Shown piece after piece: positions 37,176 to 50,600 of a stretch of 64,000 bases of DNA (position 1 is the stretch's first letter; each line of letters starts with the position of its first letter). The stretch lies in assembly GCF_000143415.4 (NCBI RefSeq), contig NW_003314312.1:501261-565260 (forward strand), read 5' to 3'. A program made the translations under genes and the position numbers. A model generated the notes under the pieces. It saw only the letters and a list, made by a program, of their open reading frames with translations, ran no database searches and was not told the origin of the DNA. The stretch comes from Selaginella moellendorffii. Lineage: Eukaryota; Plantae; Lycopodiophyta.

Positions 37176-37832
37176 CAAGTCGACTTATAAGTTCAATTAT
37201 AAGTCTGACTTAGCACAACTTTTCATTTTGGGCCAAAAAAGCTCCGTGTGATTATCCTAAGATTGCATGAAACCATACACACACCATCTTATTCAGCACC
37301 CCTAATTACCTCTCATTCATACTAGATTTATTATAAATCTTCTAGCATGCTTGTTTTCAGTATAAGCTGTATATCTCATTGCAGCACCGACGTCTAAGTT
37401 GCCATCTTCGAAGTGCCACCCAGCTACAAACTTCCTTTGCAAGCAAGGCAACACTGTAACTACCTTAATCTCCACCACCATTAGTCTTGCACAAGATGGA
37501 CTCTTGCTACCTTTGCCTCTAATCATGATAGTGTGTGTGAATGCTACCAAATTTTGATCTTGATCAAGCAAGCAAGAGAGGTTAACAATTGTTCCCTACC
37601 TCCAACTAGGCACCCATGACCCCCCAAAAACATGTATAATATAGAACTTCAGATAACTTAGTTGCTTTAACTGATAGCACATTCTTTTGTGCCACAGGGA
37701 CCAAGAGTGATAAGAAAATCAATTTATGTTGTGGTCTCATGCCTCTAGTTCGCCATTGCAAGACCCCCAAAAAGATGTATTATTATTTCTTTAAGTGTTC
37801 AATATTGTGCTATGTTAGAATATGTTTTCTCC

Positions 37833-38146
37833 TTTAAATCTCAAAAACCAGGTTTCTTCCCTACTTACACAGCGACTGAACCACATTGTGAATGTTACTA
37901 ATGCAAGAATACTGATCCCTATCAGTGGAGATATACCAATCCTGTACATGCTTAGTGAATCACTAACACTAGTGAGAGTTTTCATCACTATTCCAGATTG
38001 GTGAGCGTCACTGATAGATAGTTTAGGTTGGTTCCTTAGTCTCTAATGGCAGGACATGTCTTGGGTTTCCCATGCCCTACCAAGCCAATGTTGCATAAGA
38101 AAGTGTTATATTCCTTCTCTTCTGTCAAGCCCGGGTTGATGTGTTT
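37833..38146 (-). pseudogene. Decayed copy of the subtilase 3' end
   Basis: Reverse complement matches 34660-35167 (CACATCAACCCGG, TGCAACATTGGCTT, AAACTA..TCAGTGACGCTCACCAATCTGG, GAGATTTAA) with deletions. Confidence 0.8.
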
Positions 38147-38469
38147 ACCAAGAGCTTATCAACTCAGTAGCCATCACTAATGCATCTCTGCAAATGCTGG
38201 CAAGATTTGAGCTCAATGGACTTGATGGAGCCATGAACCTTGTCCCGCTTTAGATAAAACGCTTGATCGATGAGCATCTGTTTCAGACATAGGGCTTCTT
38301 CCAGCAGTGACTCTTTGTCTCTATATAGTTCTTAAACAACATACTTCAGTAGAGATTTAAATTGGGAATTTTGTCTAGGCCCATCTACTTGCTCCAAGCA
38401 CTCAAGAAATCTCTATAAAGATACAAGCATGGTGGGCCCTAATATAACCTTTATATGAAAAATCCTCTC

Positions 38470-41400
38470 ACTCTAAGAATATTCCTGGAATCTTTCTCTC
38501 CAAGGGCAACCTGGCACAAAAAAACCCATGAAAAACTTGTGGGGAGAAAATTTAGTAGTCAAATTAGACCCAAGATTGAGAAAAGTGAGAAAAAGAGAAA
38601 AACAACTAAGTAAACTCAAAAGAAAGAAAAGAAAGAAAAGAAAAAAAAAAGCCAAGGTCTAGTGAAGAGACTCAGACCTAAATCACACCCTCTAAAGTTC
38701 TCAAACCTTTAAAAGTACCCAAAATCTGCCATGAAATGGAATTGCATTGCTCAATAGTGGTAAGTGCAAAAAGTGGGAGTATACAAAAAATAGATGGAAA
38801 GGAAAGTGCCTCAAGGTAGGGAAGTACTAATGCTTGATCAAAAAGAATGCTAGCCACATGGTGAGATAAAGAGCTCTTAAAAAATGCCAACTGGATTGTA
38901 TCAAAAGCTAGAAGTCTACAACAATATGCAGTGAAAGTTGGCAAATCTCTAATCTTCATCTATAGAACTGCTTTTAATTGGGGAAGCATGCCTAAAACAG
39001 ATCTAGATGCCTTCTGCACTCCAAACCAACCATTAAAAGACTTTGCTTCACTTCTATAAGTATCGAAATAGCTACACTGGATAGAATTGTTGCTAGAACG
39101 TGGAGAAGAAAGAGATTCTCCTACTGAAACTTTGCTGAACGGTGGAGGCTGTCTATGTAAAGACTCTGTGCCTATAAACCATTGTGTCAAGCTAAATTGT
39201 GGTACCAAATGAAAAGATGGAAAAGGCAACTACTGGATAGATGGGCAATGGTGTAAGATGTAAAGCCCAAGGGGAATCAAAACTTGGGAAAACTTGAGCT
39301 TCTGGACAAACAAGATTAATACCACCTCAAGAGCTACAACCCAAGCAAGAGGCTACTTCTAATGACCTTGTGACCTGGAGAAGAAAGAAAGAACAAAGAT
39401 TGGAGTTGGGAGTTCAAAGTTGTTGTAAGTGTCCTATAGGTGTCCTAGGAACTTGCACCACTATCCCAAAAGTTGAATTGAGTGCAGTTGGATGATGAAC
39501 CAAGGCACTGATGGGAAGCTGAAGATGTCCTAAATTAGCCATAGAAGTTTGGAGGGTGCATGAAGTGGTGTCTCCCCCAAAAGGTATATTACACACTAGC
39601 ACGTCAAGATCACAAAGCTGGGGGAAACGTGCTCCACCTATTGTGCTGAGTAGAAGACAAGTGCCTATGTGCTTTCTAAGAGCTGGGAGTCTCACTAAGC
39701 AAGCACTGAAGGTGTGAATCTTGTGTCCACCACCTTTGTCGCTATGCAATCATCAAAAGGATAAATTGCTTTAAACAAGGCCTGAAGGTAATATCTATTC
39801 TGCTCCAAGTTGGAATAGAAAAACTTGCTGGAACCTTGTGGCATCCCTAGCTTTGTGAGCCCAAAACTCACATGCAACACATCCAAAGTCTCTGCTAATG
39901 AATGAAGAGTGTCAAGAGGAGTCTCTTGAGAGTCACCATGAAGAGCTAGTGCAAAAATCATAGGCAAAAAACTCTCCCCTTGTGATGAAACAAAACTCAC
40001 CTCAAGCATCTATAGTGTACATAGAGGCCCACAAAGTGTCCACATGTTAGTAAACAAGAGAACATAGACGGGTGAACATATTGCCACAAAAGCTGGCCTT
40101 AAGTGAAAACTCCTTTGCAGTGCCAAATGCCTGGCAATAAAAGAAGATCATTGACTTCAAGAGAAAATAGTGTGCATCTGGCCTAGGGATCATCAATAAC
40201 CTCCTTCACTAAGTCTGGTATAAACACAACATTGGCATAACCTCCACAAGTACTCTAAAGCTCTTCTACTGGCTATAGAAGCAAAATCATGCCTAGGTCA
40301 GTTGTTGTCTCCAAATCCTTTGTAGTACGCTACCAAATCTTTGGTATATCTTGTGACTGGCTAGTCCTGAGTGCATTCTAAATAGATGAGTATAGATAGG
40401 AGAAATCCTAAGATGATATTGTTGAGCCAGTGTGGAAGACAGCAATTGTGTTACATTCCACCATCTTAATCTTTAGTAGTTGTGCAATAGAAGGAGTTTG
40501 CAACAAAGGCACATCCATCTGAGTATGTGATGGACCTGGAAGCTTTGGTATGGAGTCCTCCTTATCTCTCCAAGAACACTTCAACCTTGGGTCATCATAG
40601 AGTTCCAGCTTGGGCAAGCTCTGGGAAGCTTTGGGAAAACCACTGAAAGATCATCATATATTGGTGGCTCTGCCTCAACGGTGTTCACAACCTTAGGCTG
40701 CTCAAATTGAAGACGTCAGCCATGCCTCATTGAGAAGAATTGTAGAATGCTGCCTATTGGAAATTATCATAATGCCCAAACGCCATTTGTCTCATAATCC
40801 ATTGCTTCATGCCAAGCGCGACCAAGGATGACACGGTCTCCACTGTGGATGCTCTAGCAGACTCATAATCCAAGACTAGGAAATCCACCATGGCCTCCAC
40901 ACCATGAACGTAAGTGCGTATGCTGCGGCAAATGCTTGTTAGTGTTAGAAGCACTGTATGATCAGCAAATGTTTTCAGCATAATTCCTATGGTAGAATTC
41001 ACATTGCTTGACTCTGGCTCTAGGAGTAGGGTCGTCTCACTTAATACATTATCTTAGCTTGGATATCTCTTCAAAAACCTGTCCAGCTATTGTGATTGGA
41101 GCAATGGATCCAAGATTATCAGAGTCTGCACCAGTTGTACAAGCTCATTAGAAAGTGCTGGAGGAGCCCTAGAGTCAGCTTGAAGGTGAGAAAACTGATC
41201 CAACTGATCAGCCAAACTTGGAATACATTTGAGCAAGTGAAACTATAAAGTTAAGCACCTGGATTTACTCCAAAGATGAGTTGGAACTATCTCCATGATA
41301 ACATAGGAAGCAAAAACACTCTTCTGTAAATCATGAGGCAAAATCCTTGTTTGTTGAGAAGCTGTGGCAGGAACTATAGATGTCATTGCAGATGTATGTG

Positions 41401-42260
41401 GAAAGGGCATCTGCACTGCTGTAAGTGGAGATGGTGCAGCAATTGGTGCTGGTGCATGATCAAGCTCAATAGAAATTAAGATTTTCTTCTTCTTGCCTTG
41501 TGTCACAGTTGCAATGGTCTCTTCCATCATGAACTCCACTTGTGCAAAAGCCTTGCCATGATCTTTTACTTCAGTGGCTTTTTGTTGCAACCTGGCCTGG
41601 TAGGTACTCTCTCCTTGAAAACTGGAGCTATCAGCTATACCTCCTGTTTCCTCCTTAGCCACTGCTCTAGATGCAACTTCCAGCAGTGATTTCTATTATG
41701 AGTTTTGGATTTGTGGTGCAAGCAATAACAAGGTGGATGTTGAAAAGAAGCTTGAAGCTTGAATGACTTGAGCTCCTCCAAAAGTTGATCATGTTGCTGC
41801 TGCTAGGAAAGAACGATCTGTTGTTGCTACTATTGCAAGAGGCTCTTGTATTGTTGGAGCTGATCAAACACAGCTGGATCTACAACAGGAATAGGAGGAA
41901 CAAGATTGTGCCCTGGAAATGGCATAAACAACATCAGAAGGTGACAGACTAAAGCTCTCTAGCCCACTAGAAATATCAAGTTCTCAATCTCCATTGTATG
42001 TGCACATGTTTAAGTGATGCCACTTTGCCACCTTTGCTGAATCCCTAGCTTCAGCCCACTCACATAAGCAGAGATGGTGACATTCTCGTCCTTCATTGGC
42101 TCTTTTGAAGAAGCTATTGCATGTCTTTTCAATCTTGAATGCCTTACAAAAGGAAGCCAACAATCTAGACAAGACCTTGCACTCCACCTCTATCAAAGCT
42201 CTCACCCAGGCCTGTGCTTTGCCCATCAAAGATTGTACAAACTCCAAGCATCATATCACA
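38470..42260 (-). mobile_element. Old degenerate retroelement-like block: gag-like and protease-like remnants plus unidentified decayed ORFs
   Basis: FVQSLMGKAQAWVRAL (gag-like) near 42200; coiled-coil ORF 41243-41662; EAMVDFLVLD (protease-like) near 40880. No RT or IN motifs recognised. Confidence 0.45.
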
Positions 42261-42361
42261 TTGCTTAAGATGTGATTGGATGCATAATATTGCAAGACGT
42301 TGTCAATATGATTTTGTGGGAGAAGTCCCAAGGTTGGACTGAAGAGAGGCAAATCCATAGC

Positions 42362-42417
42362 ATTCGTGGTTATCCTAAATCACCATAGGATAAAGGGTAA
42401 AAACCATGTGCACTACA
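42362..42417. mobile_element. Short terminal fragment of a family A LTR
   Basis: Reverse complement of TGTAG..CA..TGGTTTT..CCCTTTATCCTATGGTGATTTA (21660 onward). Confidence 0.7.
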
Positions 42418-43710
42418 CAGCATGTTCACTCAGGTTTAAAGAGGCAAAAGATCAAATGTTTGACACTCAAGTTGGGAACCATCTCTAATGCCTTGGGCTG
42501 TGTTAGGAGGACTTTTTTGTATTTCCTCATAATGCTTTGTGATAAGAAAGCCACTCTTTAAATATGCCACCAAAATTATGTTGTCCTCTAAGTTGAGAAT
42601 CTCAAAAATCTTACCTCTCTATTAGCAAGCATATGAGTTTTCCAGCAAAACCAATGGCTTCTAATCTTGTGGAAGACTAAACCTAACAAGATAAGATGGA
42701 GTTGCAGCCATGGCCACCAGATGGGACCACTCCACCTGCACATGAACACACGTCACTCATATTTGTATTGCTAAGGGAGTTTATGACTGTGGAGCATGAT
42801 TTCTCTTTCCCCTTTGGAATTGATATCCACTAGACAATTTGTGATGTTGTACTAACTTTGCCTTTATAGGAAAATCTCTAGGTCATATGTACTTCACTAT
42901 GTGGCTTTGCAAGCATCCACAAATATATATTTTTATTTACTCATAAAAATTATTTTTAGCCATGATTATTTTTAGCCATGACTTTTTCTTCAAACATTCT
43001 ACAAGCCTCTACCATGGTACATAACACTTTGACACATCCACTAGACAAGGTGCACAACATTCACTACCAACAAAAGGTTGCCACAATAACAACTTTTCCA
43101 TGATTAGCTATATTGTCTTAGTAGCTTATTATCTTTTTCACAAACTCTTTAATATGGCCATTTGAATAACATATTGAATATTCAAATGTTTCATTTTTTA
43201 TACAATCACTTTATGGCCTAATGAGTTTTCTTCCTACCTTTATTTTGTAATCATAGAACTTTTCCTTCTTTATTCCTTGCCAAGTCCATTTTGTAGAATT
43301 TCATGCCAGCTCTTGGATCTTTTACTGCCTAAACTAATATAGCTTGGTGATATACCCTTCTGTCATTGCTCAATCCATTTTGAAAGTTTTCTTTTTTTTC
43401 ATTTTTACTACTTGTATTGGTTCAACTGTTGTCATAGTAAGCCTTAAGCTCTCAATTGGTATTTAAATGGTAGTAGTCAACATGTTAGACCTATATAAAA
43501 AATACTGCACTTGGATTGCTTTTGTGTAGTTGTATATATGACTTTCCTATTTACCATCCATCTTTGACATCGTCACAGTTTCTTAGTAGTATTGTTAAAC
43601 TTCAACAAAGACTAACTAGAACTCTTTTAAGCAATGAGTCAAAATTTCCAACCCAAATTACATTTCCAACCTAAATTACCTAAATTACATTAGCAATTCT
43701 TCTGATGGTG

Positions 43711-46587
43711 TGTAAAGAACCAACACTTTGAGGTGTTGTAAGTTAAAGGATCCCCGAAAGCACAATTGAAATAATAAAGAGTTTATCAGATGAGATCGAG
43801 TCTGAAATCGAGTCTGAAATCGAGTCTGAGACCGACTCTGAGACTAAGTTCAAGACCGAGTCTGAGATCGAGTTTGAAATCGACTCTGAGACCAAGTTCG
43901 TGACTGAGTCCAAGACCGAGTTCAAGACCAAGATTGGGTTCAGGAACTAGTTTTGAAGGAACTCTCCAATGGTGCTTCCAAATGGACATGAGGTTGAGAC
44001 TGGGGCTTAGGGGCCTTGGGTGGGAGTGAGTATGGACTTAGGTGGTGCCAGAGGGGCCACCCAAGGTAGTGCTTAAAAGCAACTCCCACTCTTGGAAGGG
44101 AAATTGACTGTAATGCTCTCAACTCATGTGGAGTGGTGCTTTATTTGAGTACCTTGCGACTCATTAACTCTCACCCTTCCTAAGGGCTTGGGCCTTCCCT
44201 TCGGGATGGAAGTGGGGGCATAAAGGTATTTATATTGGGCTGTTAGGTCATAGTGTTTCCTTCTAGTGTCTTGAAGCAAGGGTTGCACCCAAGGCTTGGG
44301 ATTTAAAGGGTCCCATGAATAAATCTTGTTGTACCAAGAGATGTTAGAAATATAGAGGCTTGGTGTGCTTGGCTGCTTGTGCCTGCGGGGAGTGTAGCTA
44401 AACCTTAAGTCCAGTCTAACTCGGGATGGGGGATTGAGAGAGAACTTCGGAATCTATGGATGGATGGCTAACACTCTGTTACTTGTGTAGTGAGTTGCTG
44501 AAACCATGTAGGAGCTGGTACAATAAGCGGGAACCTTGGCAAGGGAACTTGACTAATGCCAAGGACATGGTGGTCGGATAGACAAGGTAAGCTAGCAAAT
44601 TGGAAATAAAAAATTTGTGGCTTACAATTTGGTATCAAAGCTTTTTCTTTAGTTCTAGCAAAGGATAGAGGCAGATTGCTGGGAGATGGCTAAAGCAAGG
44701 CATAAGAGAACCAAAGCGGAGATGGAACCTCCTCCGGAGCCAGAACCTCCTCCAGAGCCAGAACCTTTAGTCGAACAAAAAGCTATGGATGAGGAATCCT
44801 TACATGAGAAAGACTTCAGTGATGAAACTTTTAAACAAAAGTCTAGTGGTGAAATTTGGTTAATTGGACATTCTAAAAGGACAATTGGCACAAACCAATG
44901 CCTTATTGGAGGCCCTCATATGCAAGCTAAAGTGTGATGAGAAGTAGAAGAAAAAGCAAAATACTACAGATGCTAGCAGCACAGAAGGCGTGGACTGAGG
45001 TGGAACCAAACAAGATCGAACAAACTGAAGTGGAATTAGTCCCTTAATCAGTTCCCAAGTACAAACTAAAACCCCACCAATCTTTAAGGGAGTGAATGAT
45101 TATAAGGTGGTGGAAGATTGGGTTTACGATATAGAAGATTATTTTTGAGTGTTGCGATTAACGAGCTTGAAGAAGGTCCCATGTGCTAAACTATATTTGG
45201 CAGATAATGCTAAGTCTTGGTGAAGAACAATAGAGGCCAACGAAGGACCAATGGCCACTTGGGAAATGATGAAAGCGAGGATCTGCACAATTTATGTTCC
45301 TCCAAATGCTACTTTACACCTAAGGGATGAGCTGAGTAGGCTGAAGCAGACAGGAACCATTCAAGAGTATGTGAATGTGTTCATGGCAAAGAGGATGCTT
45401 GTCACAGACATGAGTGATATGGATGCGTTCTATGCCTTCATATCAAACTTGCAAACTTAGGCTCGATGCATTGGAACCCAACCAATTATAAAGAAGCATT
45501 GGATGTAGTTATCAAGGTGCATTTTAATGATAACCTACAAAAAAGGAACATAACGAGGTTGGGGTCCACATTTAGCAAAGGAGACAAACTAGATATATGG
45601 CAAAGGGAAATTCAAAAAGATTTTCTCTAAGAATGAGTCCTCAAGGTTTCTAAAAGGCAAATCTAGTGGCCAGTGAGCAAATACGTGGGAGAGTCAAGCG
45701 AAAAATGACAAATCCACTAATAAAAAAGTCAAGTCTACTAATAGCGTGGGAAACAATATATGCTTCAATTGCGGTGAAACAAGACACTTTTCGAGGGAAT
45801 GTCCCTTCCTGAAGAAGGCCAGAGTCAATATGGCCATTAAGTCAGGTGAAATTCAAACTAAAGTACGTGATCCAGTCCCTAGCTCAAAGTTACTCATTAC
45901 ACGAGCAAATTTGGTAGAGAGTCATTTGCGACATCTACTAGCCCTTTGAGAAAAGCTCAAAAGTAGCTTTGTTAAGATCCTTATTGATACAGGTGCTTCG
46001 GATAATTTTGTGGCTACAGATATAGTCTGGCAAGCCGGACTAATAATGTAGTGGCTGAGTGAACCAAGGACTATAGAGTTTGTTCAAGATAGCCAAAGCA
46101 CCAATGAGGCGAAGTAAGGACGTAGAAAGTAGACATGGATTTTACCGTGTTCGACATGGTGGATTTGACATGATCTTTGGGTTGGATTGGTTTGGTAACC
46201 CTGCATAAATAAGGTAGGAACCTTATGGTAATGGCAAATGCCTGAGGAGAATGATCTAGAATGGAGGCCCAGGATCTAAAAGTAGGGCAAAGTAAGGCAA
46301 AAGACTTTTGCTTAAATTTGGTGTTCACGAGAGGACAACTCACTAAAGGAACCAACATAGCGTTTTTGTGTTTAATTTTAGTGGGGAGTGACAAAAAGAC
46401 AGGAACGAAAAAAGCACCTTTAGTGATCCAACGGGTGTTAGACCAATTTTGAGATACCATGCTAGAGGAGTTATCAACAGTGTTACCCCCTGCACGACTG
46501 ATAGACATAAAATCAAGCTAATTAAGGGTGCTAAAGCGGTGGTTCGTCCCCCCTATCGGTTGAACAAAAAGGAACTCGAGGAGTTGA
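43711..46587 (+). mobile_element. Older truncated family D copy: 5' LTR (43711-44626), PBS, gag, protease, start of RT
   Basis: Colinear with 47640-50830; PBS TGGTATCAAAGC at 44630; CFNCGETRHFSREC; LIDTGAS; many stops and frameshifts. Confidence 0.9.
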
Positions 46588-46589
46588 TA

Positions 46590-47634
46590 TAGTGCTAGTA
46601 AACTGACATGAAATACATCATGTACATGGGACAACTCATTTGGAAGGAGATGATTTATAGGATACATCACCAACTCATCTCAACACCCAATAAGATCCAA
46701 CATCTCTTGGTAACAGCTTCTGAGACAAAGATCCCTTAATATTCAAATTCTAGGAAGATAGCCACACTTGATCTCCCACTTGATAGAATATATTCCGACG
46801 ATGCTGATCCTTATCATGTCGATAGCTATCTTGAGCTTTGCCCATCGCCTCAGTAGCTCTAGACCAACCTTGGCGTAGTTGCTCTACTTAAGTCTCAACG
46901 GCTGGGACCAACACTTCGGACATTAGCTTTGGTACAACAATCTGTTGAGGATCCCTATGAGCATTCCCTTATAGCATCTCCTATGGAGAACAGCTAATAG
47001 TGCTATGAAATGTGTTGTTATAACATATTTCTGTTGTGTCTAAATGCTCAACTCAGTCACGTTGGTCTGCCGCGACATAGTACCACAAATAATCCTCCAC
47101 TTGAGCATTCACGTGTTCAGTCTACCCATTGGTTTAAGAATGATAAGCTGTACTAAACTTCAACTTGGTACCAAACAACTAAAGCAGTATGCCCATAAAC
47201 CTTTATCTAAGAGTTGCCTCAACTTCTTTCTTCCTTTTCTTGTTCTTCTTTTTCAATTTGCGAACTTCCCTTTGCAAATTCTTGATCTCAACTTCCTGAG
47301 CTGTATGTTGCAGTGCTATAGCATCTAGCTCTTCCTCTTCTAACTCGGCCTCAACCTCTTCCATAACATCTCTTGCATGAGTTTCCTCCTCTTGATTCGC
47401 TCGTCTAAAGGTTTCAGCATCATCAGCACAGTTCCTTTTCACCATCTCACTAGCTACATGCATGCCTCTATCAGTAACTAAACATGCATACAACATCTTA
47501 CCAAATGGTGCAATCCCACTAATCCTACACAGGTCACTCAGGATCTACTAGAAGAGTCTCTGCGTATGCAACTTGAGTCAGAAAATCTGACAAAAGTTGG
47601 ATAGGAATCGTTGAGACAATTCCTCTGATACCAA
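46590..47634 (-). mobile_element. Internally deleted family B element: PBS, gag N-terminus joined to the integrase C-terminal half; its 5' LTR is at 55187-55915
   Basis: PBS 47622-47633; coiled-coil ORF 47496-47203; then GTKLKFSTAYHS*TNG*TEHVNAQVEDYL and SQKLLPRDVGSY. Confidence 0.75.
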
Positions 47635-50600
47635 ATGTATGTAAAGAACCAACTCGCCGAGGCTAAAGGAACCCCAAAAGCATGACCAAAATGACAAAGA
47701 GTTCATCGGATGGGACCAAGTCGAAGATCGAGTCCAAGACTGACTCTAGGACCGAGTTCGAGATAGAGTCCGAAATCGAGTCCGAGACCGACTCGGGGAC
47801 CGAGTTCGAGTCTGAGTTCGAGACCGAGTTCGAGACGGAGTCCGAGATCCGAAATTGCATCCGAGACCGAGTCCGAGGTCGAGTCTGAGGTCGGGTCCTA
47901 GATTGGGTCCGAGATCGAGTCCGAGATCGAGTCCGAGACCGAATCCGAAGTCGGATCCGAAATCAGGTCCGAGATAGAGCCAGAGACTAAGTCCAAATAC
48001 TAATACGGGTCAAGGGGTGAAAGCCCAAAGCGTGCGTCTCCCAGGGGGGGGGGGGCTGCAGGGGGTTCCAAAAGTATAGTAGGGATAGTGAGGTCCAGGA
48101 ATTAGTCTTGAAGGAACTCTCCAGTGGTGCTTCCAAACTGACTTGAGGTTGAGACTGGGGCCGAGGGGCCTTAGGTGGGAGTGAGCATGGGCTTGAGTGG
48201 TGCCGGAGGGGCCACCCAGGGAAGTGCTCAAGAGCAGCTCCCACTCCCGAAAGGGAAACCGACTGCGGTGCTCCCGGCTCATGTGGAGTGGTGCCCCACT
48301 TGAGTACCTTGTGGCTCATTGGTCCTCGCCCTCCCTAGGGGCTTGGGCCTTCCCTTCGGGATGGAAGTGGGGGGGTAGAGGTACCCATACCGGGCTGTTA
48401 GGCCACGGTGTTTCGCCCCGACGTCCCGAAGCAAGTGCTGCACCCAAGACTTGGGATTTAGAGGGTCCCATGATCAAGTCTTGTGGTACCAAGGGGTGTT
48501 AGGAATCTGGAGGCTTGGTGTGCTTGGCTGCTTGTGCCTGCGGGGAGTGTAGCCGAACCTTAAGTCCAGTCTAACCCGGGGAGGGGGATTGGGAGAGATT
48601 TGGGAATCCGTAGATGGATGGCTAACACTCCGTTGCTCGTGCAGTGAGTAACTGAAACAAAGTAGGACCAAGTAGGAGATGGTACTATAGGTGAGAACTT
48701 TGGCGAGGGAACTTAACACAAGCCAAGGCAGAGTTGGTCGGATAGACGAGGTAAGCTGGCAAATTGGAAAGGAAAAATTTGTGGCTTACAATTTGGTATC
48801 GGAGCCTCTTCCTCAGTTTTAGCGAAGGATAGAGGCAGATTGCTGGGAGATGGCAAGGGCAGGACGTAAGCGAACCCAGGCAGAGACGGAACCTCCTCCA
48901 GAGCTGGAGCCTCCGGTCGAATAGGAGGCTATGGATGAGGAATCCTTGCATGAGGAGGACTCCAGTGAGGCAACTTCCAAACAGGAGTCTGGTGGTGAGG
49001 TTCGGTCGTCCAAGGCTCAATTGGACGTTCTAGAAGGACAATTGGCACAGACTAATGCCCTGCTAGAGACTCTCGTACGCAAGCTAAAGCGTGATGAGAA
49101 GCGGAAGAAAAAGCGAAAGACTGCGGATATTGGCAGCGCAGAAGGTGCGGACCCTTCGGCAGGGACTGAGGCAAAACCAAACAAGGTCGAACAGACCGAA
49201 GTGGAATCAGTCCCTCAGGCAGTTCCCAAGTACAAACCAAAGCCCCCACCGGTCTTCAAGGGAGTGAATGACTATAAGGTGGTGGAGGATTGGTTTTACG
49301 ATATGGAAGACTACTTCCGAGTGTTGTGATTACCGAGCTCAGAGAAGGTCCCATGTGCAAAACCATACTTGGCAGATAATGCCAAGTCTTGGTGGAGAAC
49401 GACAGAGGCCAACGAAGGACCGGTGGCCACTTGGGAAATGATGAAGGCGAGGATCCGCGCAACTTACGTTCCTCCGAATGCTACTCTGCATCTAAGAGAC
49501 GAGCTGAGTAGGCTGAAGCAGACCGGAACCATTCAGGAGTATGTGAATGGTTTCATGGTAAAGAGGATACTTGTCATGGACATGGGGGATATGGATGCGT
49601 TCCATGCCTTCATATCAGGTTTGCAAACCTGGGCTCGCGGCGAAGTAATGCGGTGGAACCCGACCAACTACAAGGAAGCGTTGGATGCGGCCATCAAGGT
49701 GCATTTCAATGATAACCTACGAAAGGGGAACACGACGGGGTCGGGATCCACATTTAGCAAAGGGGCCAAACCAAGGGGAACGTTTAGCAGAGGGAAATTC
49801 AAGAAGAGTTTCTCTAAGAATGAGTCCTCGGGGTTCCGAAAAGGCAGATTTAGTGGCCAGCGAGCGAGTACGTGGGGGAGTCAAGCGAAAAGAGACAAAC
49901 CCACGGATAAGAAGGTCAAGTCATATAGCAGCGTGGGAAATAACGTATGCTACAACTGCGGTGAAGCGGGACACTTCTCGAGGGAATGTCCCTACCCGAA
50001 GAAGGCTAGAGCCAATATGGCCATCAAGTCGGGTGAAGTCCAAACTGAGGTATGTGATCCAGTCCCTAACTCAAAGTTACTCATCACACGAGCAACTTTG
50101 GTAGAGAGTCATTCGCGACATCTACTAGCCCTCCGAGGGAAGCTCAGAGGTAGCTTTGTTAAAATCCTTATTGACACGGGTGCTTCGGATAATTTTGTGG
50201 CTGCAGACATAGTCCGGCAAGCCGGACTAACGGTGCAGCGGCTAGGCGAACCAAGGACTATAGAGTTTGTTCAAGGTAGCCAAAGCACCGATGAGGTACT
50301 TCGACAAGCGAGAGTCGAAGTGGGGACTTGGAAGGTGGACCTGGATTTCACCGTGTTGGACATGGCAGGATTTGACGTGATCTTCGGAATGGACTGGTTC
50401 AATCAATTTGTGGTAGCCCTGCATGGACAAGGTAGAAACCTTGTGGTACTGACGAATGCCCAAGGAAGAAGATCTAGGGTGGAGGCCCAAGATCTAAAGG
50501 TAGGGCAAAGCAAGGCCAAAGATTCCTGCTTAAACTTGGTGTCCACGAGAGGACAACTCATTAAAGGAACTAAGGCAGCATTTTTGTGCTTACTCTCGGT

